Of a stretch of DNA of 64,000 nt, positions 1 to 10,712 are shown piece by piece. The stretch spans positions 372,001 to 436,000 of the forward strand of contig NW_005202113.1 of the NCBI RefSeq assembly GCF_000372725.1, read 5' to 3'. Each line of letters begins with the position of its first letter. The stretch's first letter is position 1. Both the position numbers and the translations under genes were made by a program. The DNA is from Emiliania huxleyi CCMP1516 (lineage: Eukaryota). The notes beneath the pieces are model-generated. The model searched no databases. It was not told where the DNA came from and saw nothing but the letters and a program-made list of their open reading frames with translations.

Positions 1-202
1 TGTCTGCGGAAGGCCTGGCAAGCACGCGCCCGCCACCTCCGCGGCCATGCCCTCCGCCCGGGCGAGCGAGCAGCAAAGAGTGGAGGCGGATCGCCATACC
101 CAGCCAACGGCGTCTACAGCCCGAGCGTTATCTTTATCTTGTCGGCGGCGGCAGCACCACACCCCTCGCAACGTTGCTGCCGAACTCTCGCCGCCGGTCG
201 TC

Positions 203-1402
203 ATGCTGCAAAAGGTGCTGCTGATGGGCAAATCGGGCGCGGGCAAAACGTCGATGCGCTCCATCATCTTTGCCAACTACCTCGCGCGCGACACCATGCG
301 GCTCGGCGCGACGATTGACGTGGAGCACTCGCACGTGCGGTTCCTCGGCAACCTCGTGCTCAACCTGTGGGACTGCGGCGGGCAGGAGGCCTTCATGGAG
401 AACTACTTCGAGTCGCAGCGCGACCACATCTTCCGCAACGTGCAGGTGCTCATCTACGTCTTTGACATCGAGTCGCGCGAGCTCACAAAGGACATCGAGT
501 ACTACGGCTCGTGCCTCGCCGCGATGCGCCAGAACTCAAAGTCGGCAAAGATCTTTTGCCTGGTGCACAAGATGGACCTTGTGCCGGACGAGCAGCGCGA
601 GCAGGTCTTCCGCCAGCGCGAGCGCGAGCTGCAGGCCGTCGCCTCGCGGCTGGAGCTCGAGATCTCCTGCTTCAAGACGTCGATCTGGGACGAGACGCTG
701 TACCGCGCGTGGTCGCAGATGGTGCACGCGCTCATCCCGAACCGCGACTCGCTGCAGACCCACCTCGACAAGCTGTGCGCGGTCTGCCAGGCGGACGAGG
801 TGGTTCTCTTTGAGCGCGCGCCCTTCCCGCACCGCGTCCTCCTCCCGAGGAGAGAGCCCCTCCCTGAGCCGTCTCGGAGCCCGCCCGTAGACGCGCCACC
901 TTCCTCGTGATCTGCGACGCGGTGCGCGCGGCGCACGAGGACGTGCACCGCCACGAAAAGATCTCAAACATCATCAAGCAGTTCAAGCTCTCGTGCTCTA
1001 AGACGCAGGCGCAGTTTGCAACCATGCAGGCGGGAACCTCCACGCCCGCCCGCCCGCCCGCCCGCCCGCCCGCCCGCCCCTCCGCCCCTCCGCTTCCCGC
1101 CCTCCGCTCCCCGCTCCCCTGCGCCCTCCGGAGGCACGCGCCACGCCGCCCGACAGGTTCGAAACGCGCGCTACTCGGCCTTCATCGAGGGGTTCACCTC
1201 GACAACCTACGCGATGGTCATCGTCTCCGACGCGCGCGCTCTCGCCCATCCCCCGGTGGCAGGCCCCGGCACGAGTGGCGCAAGACTCGCCTCTCCCCCG
1301 CCCCTCGCGCCGCAGGCGAGCATACAGCCCGCCACCACCCTCATAAACATCGAGGCGAGCCGCGCGCACTTTGAGTCGCTCATCGCGCAGCTCAAGCTGT
1401 AG
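203..1402 (+). CDS. RRAGA: Ras-related GTP-binding protein RagA/B (Gtr1-like), 4 exons
   Basis: Motifs [33 protein letters not shown] and TSIWDETLY, plus the roadblock-domain segment [15 protein letters not shown]. Removing GC-AG introns 814-890, 1030-1156 and 1232-1315 gives one frame ending at TAG 1400-1402. Confidence 0.95.
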
Positions 1403-1791
1403 AGCTCTTCCCTGCGTCATGTTATACGGTGCGCCCCGGTAATCTCGAGGTTGAGCCTGGGGCACACCTCTCCGGAGGGAGACTTCGAGCCGGAGCATCT
1501 CCCCCCGCGGTACGATGTCGTGTATCATCTCTCGGCCTCTCTCTCTCACCCCCGCGCGGGCGTGGTCGGTGTCTCGCTCTTGCGCGGGGCCAGCGCAGTC
1601 GGTCTCGCGTATTGTGCAATGCGTCATGAAAAGGCATGTGTGTAATGGGTGACTCGTGGTAAATATCCGAACACACAAGCGACGTCCCCGGGGGATGGAG
1701 AGAGGACGCGCGGCGCGGCCACAAGGCCGAAGGCGCGTGCGGTCGACACACAAACGACGACGGCGCCGCGAATATACAAGCCGTCCCGCCT

Positions 1792-2910
1792 TCACGCTGG
1801 GGCGGGGCTCGGCGCGGAACTGGCCGCGCCGTTCCCTCGTCGCGCCGAGCCGGGCGGTGCGTCTGACGCGGAGCTAGGCGCGGAGCCACTCATCCGCTTG
1901 GACGTGCCGGGCCGCTGCGGCAGGGAAGACATCTGCGTGCCGCTGACGGGTCGCGGGCGCACGGAGGCCTGCTTGCGGCGGGCGGCGCGCTTCTGCATCG
2001 CCTCCTCGCAGCAGAGTTGGCACATCGACAGGCAGGGCGCGTTCTTCTGCAGCTCGTCGTTGCATCTCTGCCAGCGCGAGGACGGCCGCTCCGGCTGCTG
2101 CGCCGCCTTGCGGCGCTGGGCGACAATAAACTCGTAGGTGGTGACGCCGCGGTGGATGAGGCCGAGGTGGAAGAAGAGCAGCTGCGAGACGAGGAAAAAG
2201 GCCGCGAGCGCCTGCGCAGGGCGGGCGGGGCGCGCGCGTCTCGCTCCGAGCGAAGGGAGGGGGGAGGGGCCGGGGAGGGAGAGCAGGCGAGGGGGAGGGA
2301 AAGGAGGGGGAGGGTGGCGCGCGCGCGCCGCGAGCCCGGTCAGTCCCATGAGGACCGCGTACACGGCGGACGGCATCCCGCCGTACGTGTCCTCCACGTC
2401 CCGCACGAAGGACGAGTCGGTTAGCCCAACGCAGGCCTGCACCGCCGTCGCGAGCTGCAGCGCCGTCATCGCGCCGACGGCAGCGAGCATGGCGAGGAAG
2501 TAGCGGTAGTTGCCCTCCCCTATGCAGGTGTTGACCCACGGGCAGTGGTGGTCGAAGATCGCCACGCACTTGTCGCACCGCCGGCAGTGCCGCGTCCGCT
2601 TCGCCACCCCCACCTCGCACAGGTAGCAGTAGTTTATCCCCGCGCCCGGGCCAGACACGGTGGGCGGGCCGACGCGCTTGGCGATGACGGCCGGGTCAGC
2701 CGCGTCGGTGTGGGTCGTAAGGAACCCAAACACCAGCGCGGATCCCGCCGACGCCGAATACAGTGCGATGAGAGCGATCCCAGCGGCGGTGTTGAGATGC
2801 AGGGGCAAGTACAGCCCGTAAAAGAGGCCGAGGAAGCAGCCGATGAGCACCCACGAGCCGACCTGGTGCGAATCGAACGGCCGCTGAAGCCCGTGTTGCC
2901 TCTGCGCCAT
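1792..2910 (-). CDS. DHHC-type protein S-palmitoyltransferase
   Basis: YCYLCEV..RTRHCRRCDKCVAIFDHHCPWVNTCIGEGNYRYF, the TTYEF motif and four TM segments. One probable in-frame pyrimidine-rich intron at ~2215-2325. Confidence 0.93.
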   Translation of the reverse strand: MAQRQHGLQRPFDSHQVGSWVLIGCFLGLFYGLYLPLHLNTAAGIALIALYSASAGSALVFGFLTTHTDAADPAVIAKRVGPPTVSGPGAGINYCYLCEVGVAKRTRHCRRCDKCVAIFDHHCPWVNTCIGEGNYRYFLAMLAAVGAMTALQLATAVQACVGLTDSSFVRDVEDTYGGMPSAVYAVLMGLTGLAARARHPPPPFPPPRLLSLPGPSPLPSLGARRARPARPAQALAAFFLVSQLLFFHLGLIHRGVTTYEFIVAQRRKAAQQPERPSSRWQRCNDELQKNAPCLSMCQLCCEEAMQKRAARRKQASVRPRPVSGTQMSSLPQRPGTSKRMSGSAPSSASDAPPGSARRGNGAASSAPSPAPA

Positions 2911-3201
2911 CGGTGGGGCCGCCCAAGAGCTCACAAGGTGGGTCGTTCGGCCGAAGCGCAGGAAGAAACACGAGCGGTTTTCTTCCGGAAAGCGGCAAAA
3001 GTTTTTCCCCTTCGTCACACAAGTACAGGAGTACGGATACCTGGCCCTATCACAGTGTGAGTCCTTGTCAGGTATGGCAGTATGGCGCTGACTTCCTAAT
3101 GTACCCCAGTATAGCCAGCCATTCTGAGCCACGGATACTTTTTACCCTACTTGCCCCCGTCCCTGAAAAAAAATTCCCGACTTGAGTTGGTCAGCACGCT
3201 G

Positions 3202-3512
3202 ATGGAGGACCAGCAGGTCGACAAGGTGGTCGTTGGCGTCCGCCCCGAACCGCCCGACCGTGCGCCCGTCTCCTCACACGCACCACCACGCGCCCTCGCC
3301 CGCAGCTCAAGTCCAAGTACGGCGGCCTGCCGACGCAGAAGGGCATGCTCGAGCGACGGCTCAAGGGTGGCGACAAGAAGCACTTTGACTCTGCGGACTG
3401 GGCTCAGGACAAGGCCTCGCCACCGGCCGAGAGAAGGCCGGTGGAGGCGGTGCGCTCCGGCGAGGCGACCGTGCCCCCGCCTCTCGGGAAGCTGCGAGAA
3501 GCGGCGCCATGA
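3202..3512 (+). CDS. Endosulfine/ARPP-19 family protein (Greatwall substrate, PP2A-B55 inhibitor), 2 exons
   Basis: Exons 3202-3225 and 3306-3512 (GT-AG intron) give MEDQQVDK|LKSKYGGLPTQKGMLERRLKGGDKKHFDSADWAQ, with the KYG and FDS(G/A)D signatures. It is not visible as a single ORF in the track. Confidence 0.88.
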
Positions 3513-3880
3513 CATTGTGCCACCATGCGGCACGCTTCACTCTTCCCTTGTCACCATACCCTGGTGCCTCGCACCGCGCCGCACCACGCGGCCTGCACAC
3601 GCGCGCGCGCCGATCATTAAAGCCGCCAAGCGCGACCGCTAGGCCTCGTGCCCGTAGCCACGCGTAGCCACGGGGGCTCCGCGCGTGGCCCACCCTCCCC
3701 GGCCTGTTTGTCGATGAATCCAGAATCCTGCAGACTGTGGTCCGACGCGGTACCTCTTCTTTTCGCGCAGTAGCTACTAACAACGAACAGTATTCTCGCC
3801 AGCGTGCAGTGTTGAGCCCCGCGAGCGCGCGGGGCCTCAGGCTGAGCGCCGCTGCGCTCGCACGTCCACGTGCCTCCCGG

Positions 3881-4987
3881 TCACGGCTCGCTCGATCCCT
3901 CGGCGGCTCCGACGGCAGGCGGGAGCATCGTCGCGCCCGCCGGCCGCGCTACCCCCGCAGGCCACAGCCATTCCGCCAGCGCCTCTGCGAGCTGCTCGGC
4001 CGCCTCCGCGTCGCCGATGGAGACGGTGCGCGAGCCGCCGCCGAGCAGGGCGGCCAGCTGCGGGTTGATGTCCGAGACGGCGAGGCGGAGCGAGACGGGC
4101 GCCGTGTGCGAGCCCGCCCGCTCGAACCGCCGCACGCCCGCCGTCGGCGGCAGCGCCGCGAGCAGCTCCGCCGAGCAGTCGAGCGAGTCGCCGTCGAAGG
4201 TGAAGACCGCCGTCGCAGCGGGCGCGTACCCCGCGAGGGCGGCGGCGAGCTCGTCGGGCGTGGGGGAAACCTCGACGGCCACGCCCTGCGCGACGCCCAG
4301 CTGCTGCACAAAGGCAAACGCATCTCGCACCGCGCCTCCGTAGGGTGCCGCTCCGCCGCCCTGCATCTCGCCGACCAGCTTCGAGGCGAGCTCGACCGAG
4401 TCGGCGACCCGAAAGTTGTTGAAATTCAGGAGCGCGAGCGGGTCCGCCTGCGGGGCGCCGCCCTCGCCCGCGCCCGCCTCGCACGCCAGCAGCGCCAGCA
4501 GCTTCGCGCCGAGGCTGTGCCCCACCCGGAAGACGGGAGCGCCCTCCGCCGGCGCGAGACCTTGCGCGCGGCTCTCCTCCAGCGCCACGTCAAAGTCCGA
4601 GGCCACACGCCGGGCGAGCTTGCGGTGGTCCAGGCCGAGCTCGTACGGCGTCGCGATCACCGCGACGTCGGCCGAGCTCGCGAGCCGGCTGAGCAGCGTA
4701 TCGTAGGCGAGCTGCGGCGCGATGCCGAGCGCAGCGCCGCCGACAAAGTGCACCGTCGCCCACGGAGTCGCGGGACCGAGGCGCAGCCAGCCAGGCCCGA
4801 CTCGCTGCCAGCCGACCGCGTCGGTGCTGTCTGCGACCCGCGCGAGCGAGCCGCCGAGCACCGCGAGCGAGCCGCCCACGCCGTCGTCGGCGGCAGCGCG
4901 GATGCGGCACGCGCGCGTGGAGGGAGGGAGCGCCCACGGTTGCCGCGAGGGCGTGAAGGCCGGGGTGAGGCAGGAGAGCGCTAGCAT
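3881..4987 (-). CDS. DUF1350-family alpha/beta hydrolase-like protein, probably plastid-targeted
   Basis: VHFVGGAALGIAPQLAYDTLL, VIATPY..GLDH and GHSLG nucleophile elbow. N-terminus is signal-like (MLALSCLTPAF). Confidence 0.8.
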   Translation of the reverse strand: MLALSCLTPAFTPSRQPWALPPSTRACRIRAAADDGVGGSLAVLGGSLARVADSTDAVGWQRVGPGWLRLGPATPWATVHFVGGAALGIAPQLAYDTLLSRLASSADVAVIATPYELGLDHRKLARRVASDFDVALEESRAQGLAPAEGAPVFRVGHSLGAKLLALLACEAGAGEGGAPQADPLALLNFNNFRVADSVELASKLVGEMQGGGAAPYGGAVRDAFAFVQQLGVAQGVAVEVSPTPDELAAALAGYAPAATAVFTFDGDSLDCSAELLAALPPTAGVRRFERAGSHTAPVSLRLAVSDINPQLAALLGGGSRTVSIGDAEAAEQLAEALAEWLWPAGVARPAGATMLPPAVGAAEGSSEP

Positions 4988-5333
4988 GCACGTATGAGGC
5001 CGCCAAGGTCGAGAAGAAGAAATCCCTGGGGGCATTCCTGTGGTCCTCTCTCCTCTCCTCTCTCTGTCTCCCTCAGTTCTGTGCTTACTTTCCTCCTCAA
5101 GAAGGGAGAACGACGAGACTCGAGTGAGACGACCTGGTCCTGGTACCTGGAGACGACGACCCTCTCGAGAGCGACGACGCCGCGAGGACCACTGTCCACG
5201 ACTAGGTAGGTAGGAAGGTGAAGAACAGTCAGGCTCGGAAGGACTGAAAGACAGGGGAGAGGCAGACGTCTTCTACACTCCGCCTTAAAGGACGAATGCC
5301 AAGTCATTATACCCGCTCGTCTGCAAAACCGCA

Positions 5334-5732
5334 CTATTTGCGACGCGCGGAGCCGTCTCGCGCCCCGCGTGTGCGGAGTGCGTCAAAGGCGAAGCCGACG
5401 GCAAATGGCAGGTGCATCATCATCGTGCTGAGCGATTTCGCGGAGCCGAGCGCAAAGGCGTGAGCATGCACGGCGGTCGCGGCGGCGTGGAAGAAGCAGA
5501 GCACGGCGCTGACAAGCCCGCCCGTGGGCGCGTCCACCTCTCTCCGCAGCAGCGTACATGCGGCGAGGAGCGCGAGCGAGAGGAGGCACACGCCGTGGTG
5601 CCGCACAAACTTGGCCTCCGGCCCCGCCGCCGTCTGTCCCTCGTAGCGCCCACGCAGCTTCATGGCGCCGAGGACGGTCTCGAGGACAGTGTGCGCGAAG
5701 AACAGCATGCCCGAAGGACCGAGCCGCGACAT
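5334..5732 (-). CDS. Small four-TM membrane protein, unknown function
   Basis: 132-aa ATG-initiated ORF with four hydrophobic segments and His residues within them. Confidence 0.6.
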   Translation of the reverse strand: MSRLGPSGMLFFAHTVLETVLGAMKLRGRYEGQTAAGPEAKFVRHHGVCLLSLALLAACTLLRREVDAPTGGLVSAVLCFFHAAATAVHAHAFALGSAKSLSTMMMHLPFAVGFAFDALRTRGARDGSARRK

Positions 5733-6336
5733 CGCGGGCTCAGGTTTCTAACAACAACCGTCAGCGAAGGCCCCTGGGTTCCAACTTTTTCCGGGGTATG
5801 GTATGGTAGTCGCATGCTAGTTCAAGACCATACCCCCCCGCCTGCTGGCAGACCTGCTTGAGGGTATGGTAGGGCTAGTCTTGGGCGGGCAGGACCATAC
5901 CCCCTATCCATCTAACCATATGTTGCGAATTGCGTATCGGCGGCTCAGCGGCGGCGCCTGAGCGCGGGAGGGGGCGGGGAGGGTACCCGCCACCGTCTGG
6001 TGGTGCGGGGCGACGGGCCCGGCCCGAGGGAGCCGCGTCGAGGCCGACCTCGGGGCGCGAGAGGCCTCCCACGGCCGAACCGCACGCCCCCCGGAACGCG
6101 CGGTTCGCCGTTCGTGGGCCGGCGCGTCGGAGACGCGCGCGACGGCGCCCCGCGCCGCTACCCGCAAGCGCAGCCGCACCCAGGCACCGGGTGCACTCAT
6201 TCGACAGCTTAATGCACATAAAAATAGTGAACAGCGGCGGAAGCGACACCGAGACCGCGCCTCGGAGGGCGCGGAGACACAATTCGGCCCCGGCCCGCGG
6301 TCAGGGGGGAGGCTATGGCGGAGGGGAAGGCACGCG

Positions 6337-7620
6337 TCACGCCCACAGGTGCCATGGGCAGAGCTTAGTGACCTGCTCGCGCACGTACTCTTCAAAGTCC
6401 GACATGGAGCGCTCCATCTTCTTCCACGGCGCACCTGCGCGGCGCTGTCGGTCGCCTGCGGCGCCGTCCCGGTTGCCGCCCCACTCGCTGAGGTCCAGAT
6501 CGAGCAAGTTTGCATCGCTCGCGGCAGTCGCAGCCTGGTAGGTGTCTCCGATCTTCTCCTTTAGAAAGAGCACAATCAGCGCCTTGTCTTTGGCGATGTG
6601 TTTGAGATGCTCCGACTCGTCCTCGCGGTTGGCGTGCAGCGCCGCGCGAACCGAACGGTTGACGGTTTGCGTGAAGGGAACGCGTCGAATGAACTTGCGA
6701 ACCCACTCTTCTGTGATGTTTTTCGGGCAGGCGTCCGCAATCCAGTTGTTGAGCTGCTCAATGGGGAAGTCGAGGCCCACATGCGTGTCGAGCCAGCGGA
6801 GGGTGCGAGTGTTGTGAAATGCAGTCCTCAACGGCTCCCTCAGCGCCCCGCCCCAGTACACGGTAATGACGGACATTTGGCTGTAGTTGGTTTTATTGGC
6901 TGCACGGGCCGTCGGGAGGTTCTCGCGCCACACTCGATCCAGAGTGGCCGAGTCGTTTTTCCGGACAGCCGCTCGCATTTCAACATACAGGAATCCAAAC
7001 AGAAAGAGGAAGTTGCAGATGTAGCCGAACGACAAGTTGCGCTCAGCTTCGCGCAAAAAAGCGTCGCAGTGCCTGTAGTCGCTGCCGGTTTGTGAAATGA
7101 ACACGACGTACTCGGCGAGGGCCTCGACAGCGATCCGCAAGAAGTGTTCGTGCTCGTTGAACTCTGACACTGTCGGGTCTTTTTTCACCTTTCGGTTGCC
7201 CACCACGGCTGCCAATTGCATGAGCAGCGGCCACCACAGTCGCCAGCCGCCGTGCAGCACGTGAAACTTCCCGTGAGGCGCCTCGCCTAGCCTAGGAATC
7301 ACGACTGGTGTACGTTCCAGGAACAGCTTGGGTTCTTGGGCAATACGGTGAATGAGGCGCATGTATGACAGCCCGTCGCCGCCCAACTGCACGCAGTTGG
7401 AATTCATGTGGAATCGATGGCTGCGCATCTCCCGAAGCTCAAAGTTCACATCGGCATACGATGACTGCTGTACGCCAAACATCGGGTCGTGCCAATGGAA
7501 GTACGTCTGCGGATAGGGCGAGTTGTAGTGCTTCTTCGTCCACAGTACTGACAAGGACTGCGCGGCAAGATAGGCAGCCCAACGGGTGCGTCGGTTGGCG
7601 AGAGACCGGAGAGCAGAGAC
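6337..7620 (-). pseudogene. DUF6589-like transposon-associated protein, apparently 5'-truncated
   Basis: Lower-GC coding segment with GGDGLSY, HGKFHVLH, YVEMRAAVRKNDS..W, KTNY and GLDFPIEQLN, a pattern recalling DUF6589. The upstream part of the 1004-aa ORF is only the antisense shadow of the SAP gene. Confidence 0.55.
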
Positions 7621-7632
7621 ATCACAGAGACG

Positions 7633-9060
7633 ATGCCCTTCCTCACACCGCTCTCCGCCAACACGCTCGAGCGCTCCCCCGGCCGACGCACGGCTCCCGG
7701 CAAATCCCCGCTCAAGCCCGCCAAGTCGCCGCTCAAGCCCGCCAAGTCGCCGCTCAAGCCCGCCAAGTCGCAGCTCAAGCCCGCCAAGTCGCTCAAGGCG
7801 GCCCAGCCGGAGGAGGTCCGCGTCTTTGGCGTGGGCGGCGTGCTGCAAGAGGTGCGTGGCGCGACACCGGCGGCCAACAAGGGCGAGGGCCGCGCCGCGA
7901 GGGCCCCGACCACCGATCCCGAGGAAGGCTGCGCCGAGTGGACCGCCGAGGCGTGGGCAGAGTGGGAAGGGGAGTGGTCGGCCGAGGAGTGGTCCGAGTG
8001 GGAGGGGCAGTGGACCGCCGAGGAATGGGCGGCGTGGGACGAGGAGTGGGAGGCATGGGAGGCGGACCCCGAGAACGGCGAGCATCACGACGCGGGCGAG
8101 GTCACCATCTTTGGCGAGACGGGAGTGCTGCAGACCGCCCGCGGCGACACTCCGTCGGGCCACAAGGCCGAAGGGAGGCTGGCGGCAGCGCCGCCGGCGC
8201 GTGCCATGCGCCGCCACTCGCTGGGTGACGCCGCGCCGACCTTCGGTGCGAGCCGACTCGACTCGCCAAACGAGAGTCGCCGGGCGCAGACGCCGTCGGA
8301 CCGCGCCGCGGGCCGGACGGCGGCGCTGCGCTACCTCGTGCCGCAGCGCTACCTCGCCGCCAACGAGGCGGCGCGGCGCGGCGCGCTCTCGCCGGCCGCG
8401 CTGCCCAAGGCGGCGCCGACGATCGCGCCCGCGCCCGCACCGACCGACGAGGCTGCCTACCACACCGCCGCCTCGATCGTCTCTGGCCTCTTCTCGCCCG
8501 GCGCAGAGGCGGAGGCCAAGGAGGAGGCCACGGAAAAGGAGGCCGAGGAGGCGGCCGTGCCCGAGGAGGCGGCGGCTGCACGGCAGGAGGCTGCCGCGGA
8601 CGATGCCGCCGCCGAGGCGCCCGCCGCAACCTTCCCGCGGGCGGCCAAGCCGCGCTGGGCGACGATGCAGCGCCTGCTCGACGTCACCCTCGGCGCCAAG
8701 CTGCCGCACCTGCTCTGGGGACTCAACCCGCCGCCGCCGCCGGGCGCCCCGCCGGGCGCCCCGCCGCCGCCGCCCCAGCCGCAGCCGCCGGCGGGATCGC
8801 CGCCGCCCCTCGCGGGCCCGCCCCCGCCTGCAGAGGCGGCGGCGGAAGTGGCGGAGGCCGGCGGGGAGACCAAGCCCGAGAAGTGCGCCACTCCGCCGGT
8901 GGCCGCCGAGGCGGCGCCGCCTTCGGGAGGCGGCGCGGAGCTCGACGTCGCGGCCCTGCGCGTCGTCGACCTGCGCGCCGAGCTGCAGGCGCGCGGGCTG
9001 CCGACCAAGGGCCTCAAGGCGGAGCTGCAGGCGAGGCTGCGCGAGGCGCTCGCCGCGTAA
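7633..9060 (+). CDS. Low-complexity protein with KSPLKPA repeats, a Trp/Glu repeat and a C-terminal SAP domain
   Basis: The C-terminal LRVVDLRAELQARGLPTKGLKAELQARL is a canonical SAP motif. There is a 21-bp repeat x~5 at ~7700-7800, and GC3 is high in this frame. Confidence 0.78.
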   Translation: MPFLTPLSANTLERSPGRRTAPGKSPLKPAKSPLKPAKSPLKPAKSQLKPAKSLKAAQPEEVRVFGVGGVLQEVRGATPAANKGEGRAARAPTTDPEEGCAEWTAEAWAEWEGEWSAEEWSEWEGQWTAEEWAAWDEEWEAWEADPENGEHHDAGEVTIFGETGVLQTARGDTPSGHKAEGRLAAAPPARAMRRHSLGDAAPTFGASRLDSPNESRRAQTPSDRAAGRTAALRYLVPQRYLAANEAARRGALSPAALPKAAPTIAPAPAPTDEAAYHTAASIVSGLFSPGAEAEAKEEATEKEAEEAAVPEEAAAARQEAAADDAAAEAPAATFPRAAKPRWATMQRLLDVTLGAKLPHLLWGLNPPPPPGAPPGAPPPPPQPQPPAGSPPPLAGPPPPAEAAAEVAEAGGETKPEKCATPPVAAEAAPPSGGGAELDVAALRVVDLRAELQARGLPTKGLKAELQARLREALAA

Positions 9061-9332
9061 GATGGTAAGCGACTCAGAGGGGCAGGGAAGCTGGGGTTGA
9101 GGGAGGGGGGTTGGCTCCCCTCCCAACAACCGCTCTCTGGATCTGGAGCTGCGCAGGTCATCAACCACCGATCGTCCCGGGCCTTCACATGCTTCAAGTT
9201 CAACGGAGGAGAGAGAGTTCGGAGATTGAAACAGAAACCCCGCGTTTTTTCTTCTAGTTTGCACCGCCGCCGCCCTCCCCGCTGGGGCAGGCGTGAGGCT
9301 GAGGGGGGTAGCGGTAGGGGGTAGCGGTAGGG

Positions 9333-10549
9333 TATTGGTGCAACCAGCCAAGAGCGCGATCTTTCACACTGGTGAGCGCGCCGCGTATACACGGCCCGCG
9401 CGAGACCGCCGCGCGCCGCTCGCGGTGCCCACACCATCGGGACCGGTCCGGAGCACCCAGCGATTGGAGCCGAATCGCCAGACTCGACCGCGCTGGCCTC
9501 CTGGAGCAACGCGCTGTCGCTCGCAATGACGCAATACGCGCGCTTTTTTTGCTCCATTTCTGTCCAATCGCTCGCGCCCAGACCACTCCCATCCATCGAG
9601 GGCACATGAGTAGCCTACGATTGACCCATCTCGGGCCGTCTCTATGCACTCGCAGGTGCATTTGGTCCTCCGCGTGCCCGCTCTCGCTGCCTCGAGCTGC
9701 AGAGATGCCGCAAAAGAAGAAGACCGCGCGCGGCGCGCACCTGGCCGCGCTGAACAAGCAGCACCCCAAGCGCGAGGAGAGCGCCGGCGACGCCAACGAC
9801 CTCGAGTACGTCGACAAGCCGGACGACTCGTCGAGCTCGGGCGAGTCCGCCGGCGGCGACGCGCTGGTGCAGTCAACCCTCCCCTTCTCTGGTGCGAGCA
9901 GCGCACCAAAGAGGACGCAGAAGAAGCGGCCTCGGACGGCGGAGGGCCGAAGCCAGCTGACGCTCGCCGATTTCATCATGCCCCGGCTGGCTTCTCTCTC
10001 GGCCGGCGCCACCTCTCAGCCTCCCGCCGACGCTCCCGCCGACGCTCCCACCTCCTCTCCCGCCGCCCCGACGGAGGAGATGGCGCCAGCGCTGCCCGAG
10101 CCCGAGCCCGAGCCCGAGCAGCTGCCGCCGCCTGAGCTAGCCGCGGAGCCACCGGCCAAGCCAAAGCGCGGCCGCCCACCGGGCAGCAAAAGGCCGGCTT
10201 CTCTCGCACAGCAGCCGCCCTGCGGTGGTCAGAGGACTGGTACGTGGACTGAAGAGGCGGGAGACGCTTCTCTGAGCGAGGTTTGGTGCTCTCAGGAGCG
10301 CTATGCCAACGCGTGGTCGGCAGGGGCCGGCGGGGCAGGTCCGCGGCGAGCGCTTCGCCTGCGGCGCGCGTCTCTGGCCACTAGGGAGGGTCTGGAGGGC
10401 GATTTGGGGGTCGATTTTTGGGAAGTGATGCCAATCGAGAGATCTCGCCGAGCCCTTTTCGGTGGTGTGCTTGCGAGGTTTTTTTCGCACGGGAAGCATT
10501 TTTCGTACTCGCAAACGTGAATTAGTCGACTAGGCTGGTTGCACCAATA
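9333..10549 (+). mobile_element. Non-autonomous TIR DNA element (~1.2 kb)
   Basis: TATTGGTGCAACCAGCC (9333-9349) and GGCTGGTTGCACCAATA (10533-10549) are perfect inverted copies; the outer TA could be a TA target duplication. The internal ORF from ATG ~9704 has an AT-hook (KRGRPPG) but no catalytic domain. Confidence 0.75.
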
Positions 10550-10712
10550 TCATCGGCGGGAGGTTGCGGTTGGGACTTGGGTGGTCGCCCCCTACTCCCC
10601 TACCACTCCATTTGGGCGTGTAACGGACGTCTCTTGTGGGAGGCCAACCCCCAACCTCCTACGCTTCTACCCCTGAAAACCTTCCCTACCCCCCCAAAAA
10701 AAAACCGTGAGC

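Noticed and set aside
6337..9351. 1004-aa minus-strand ORF as one protein
   Set aside because: The first ~580 aa are Arg/Gly-rich antisense read-through of the GC3-rich SAP gene; only the last ~420 aa look like real protein.
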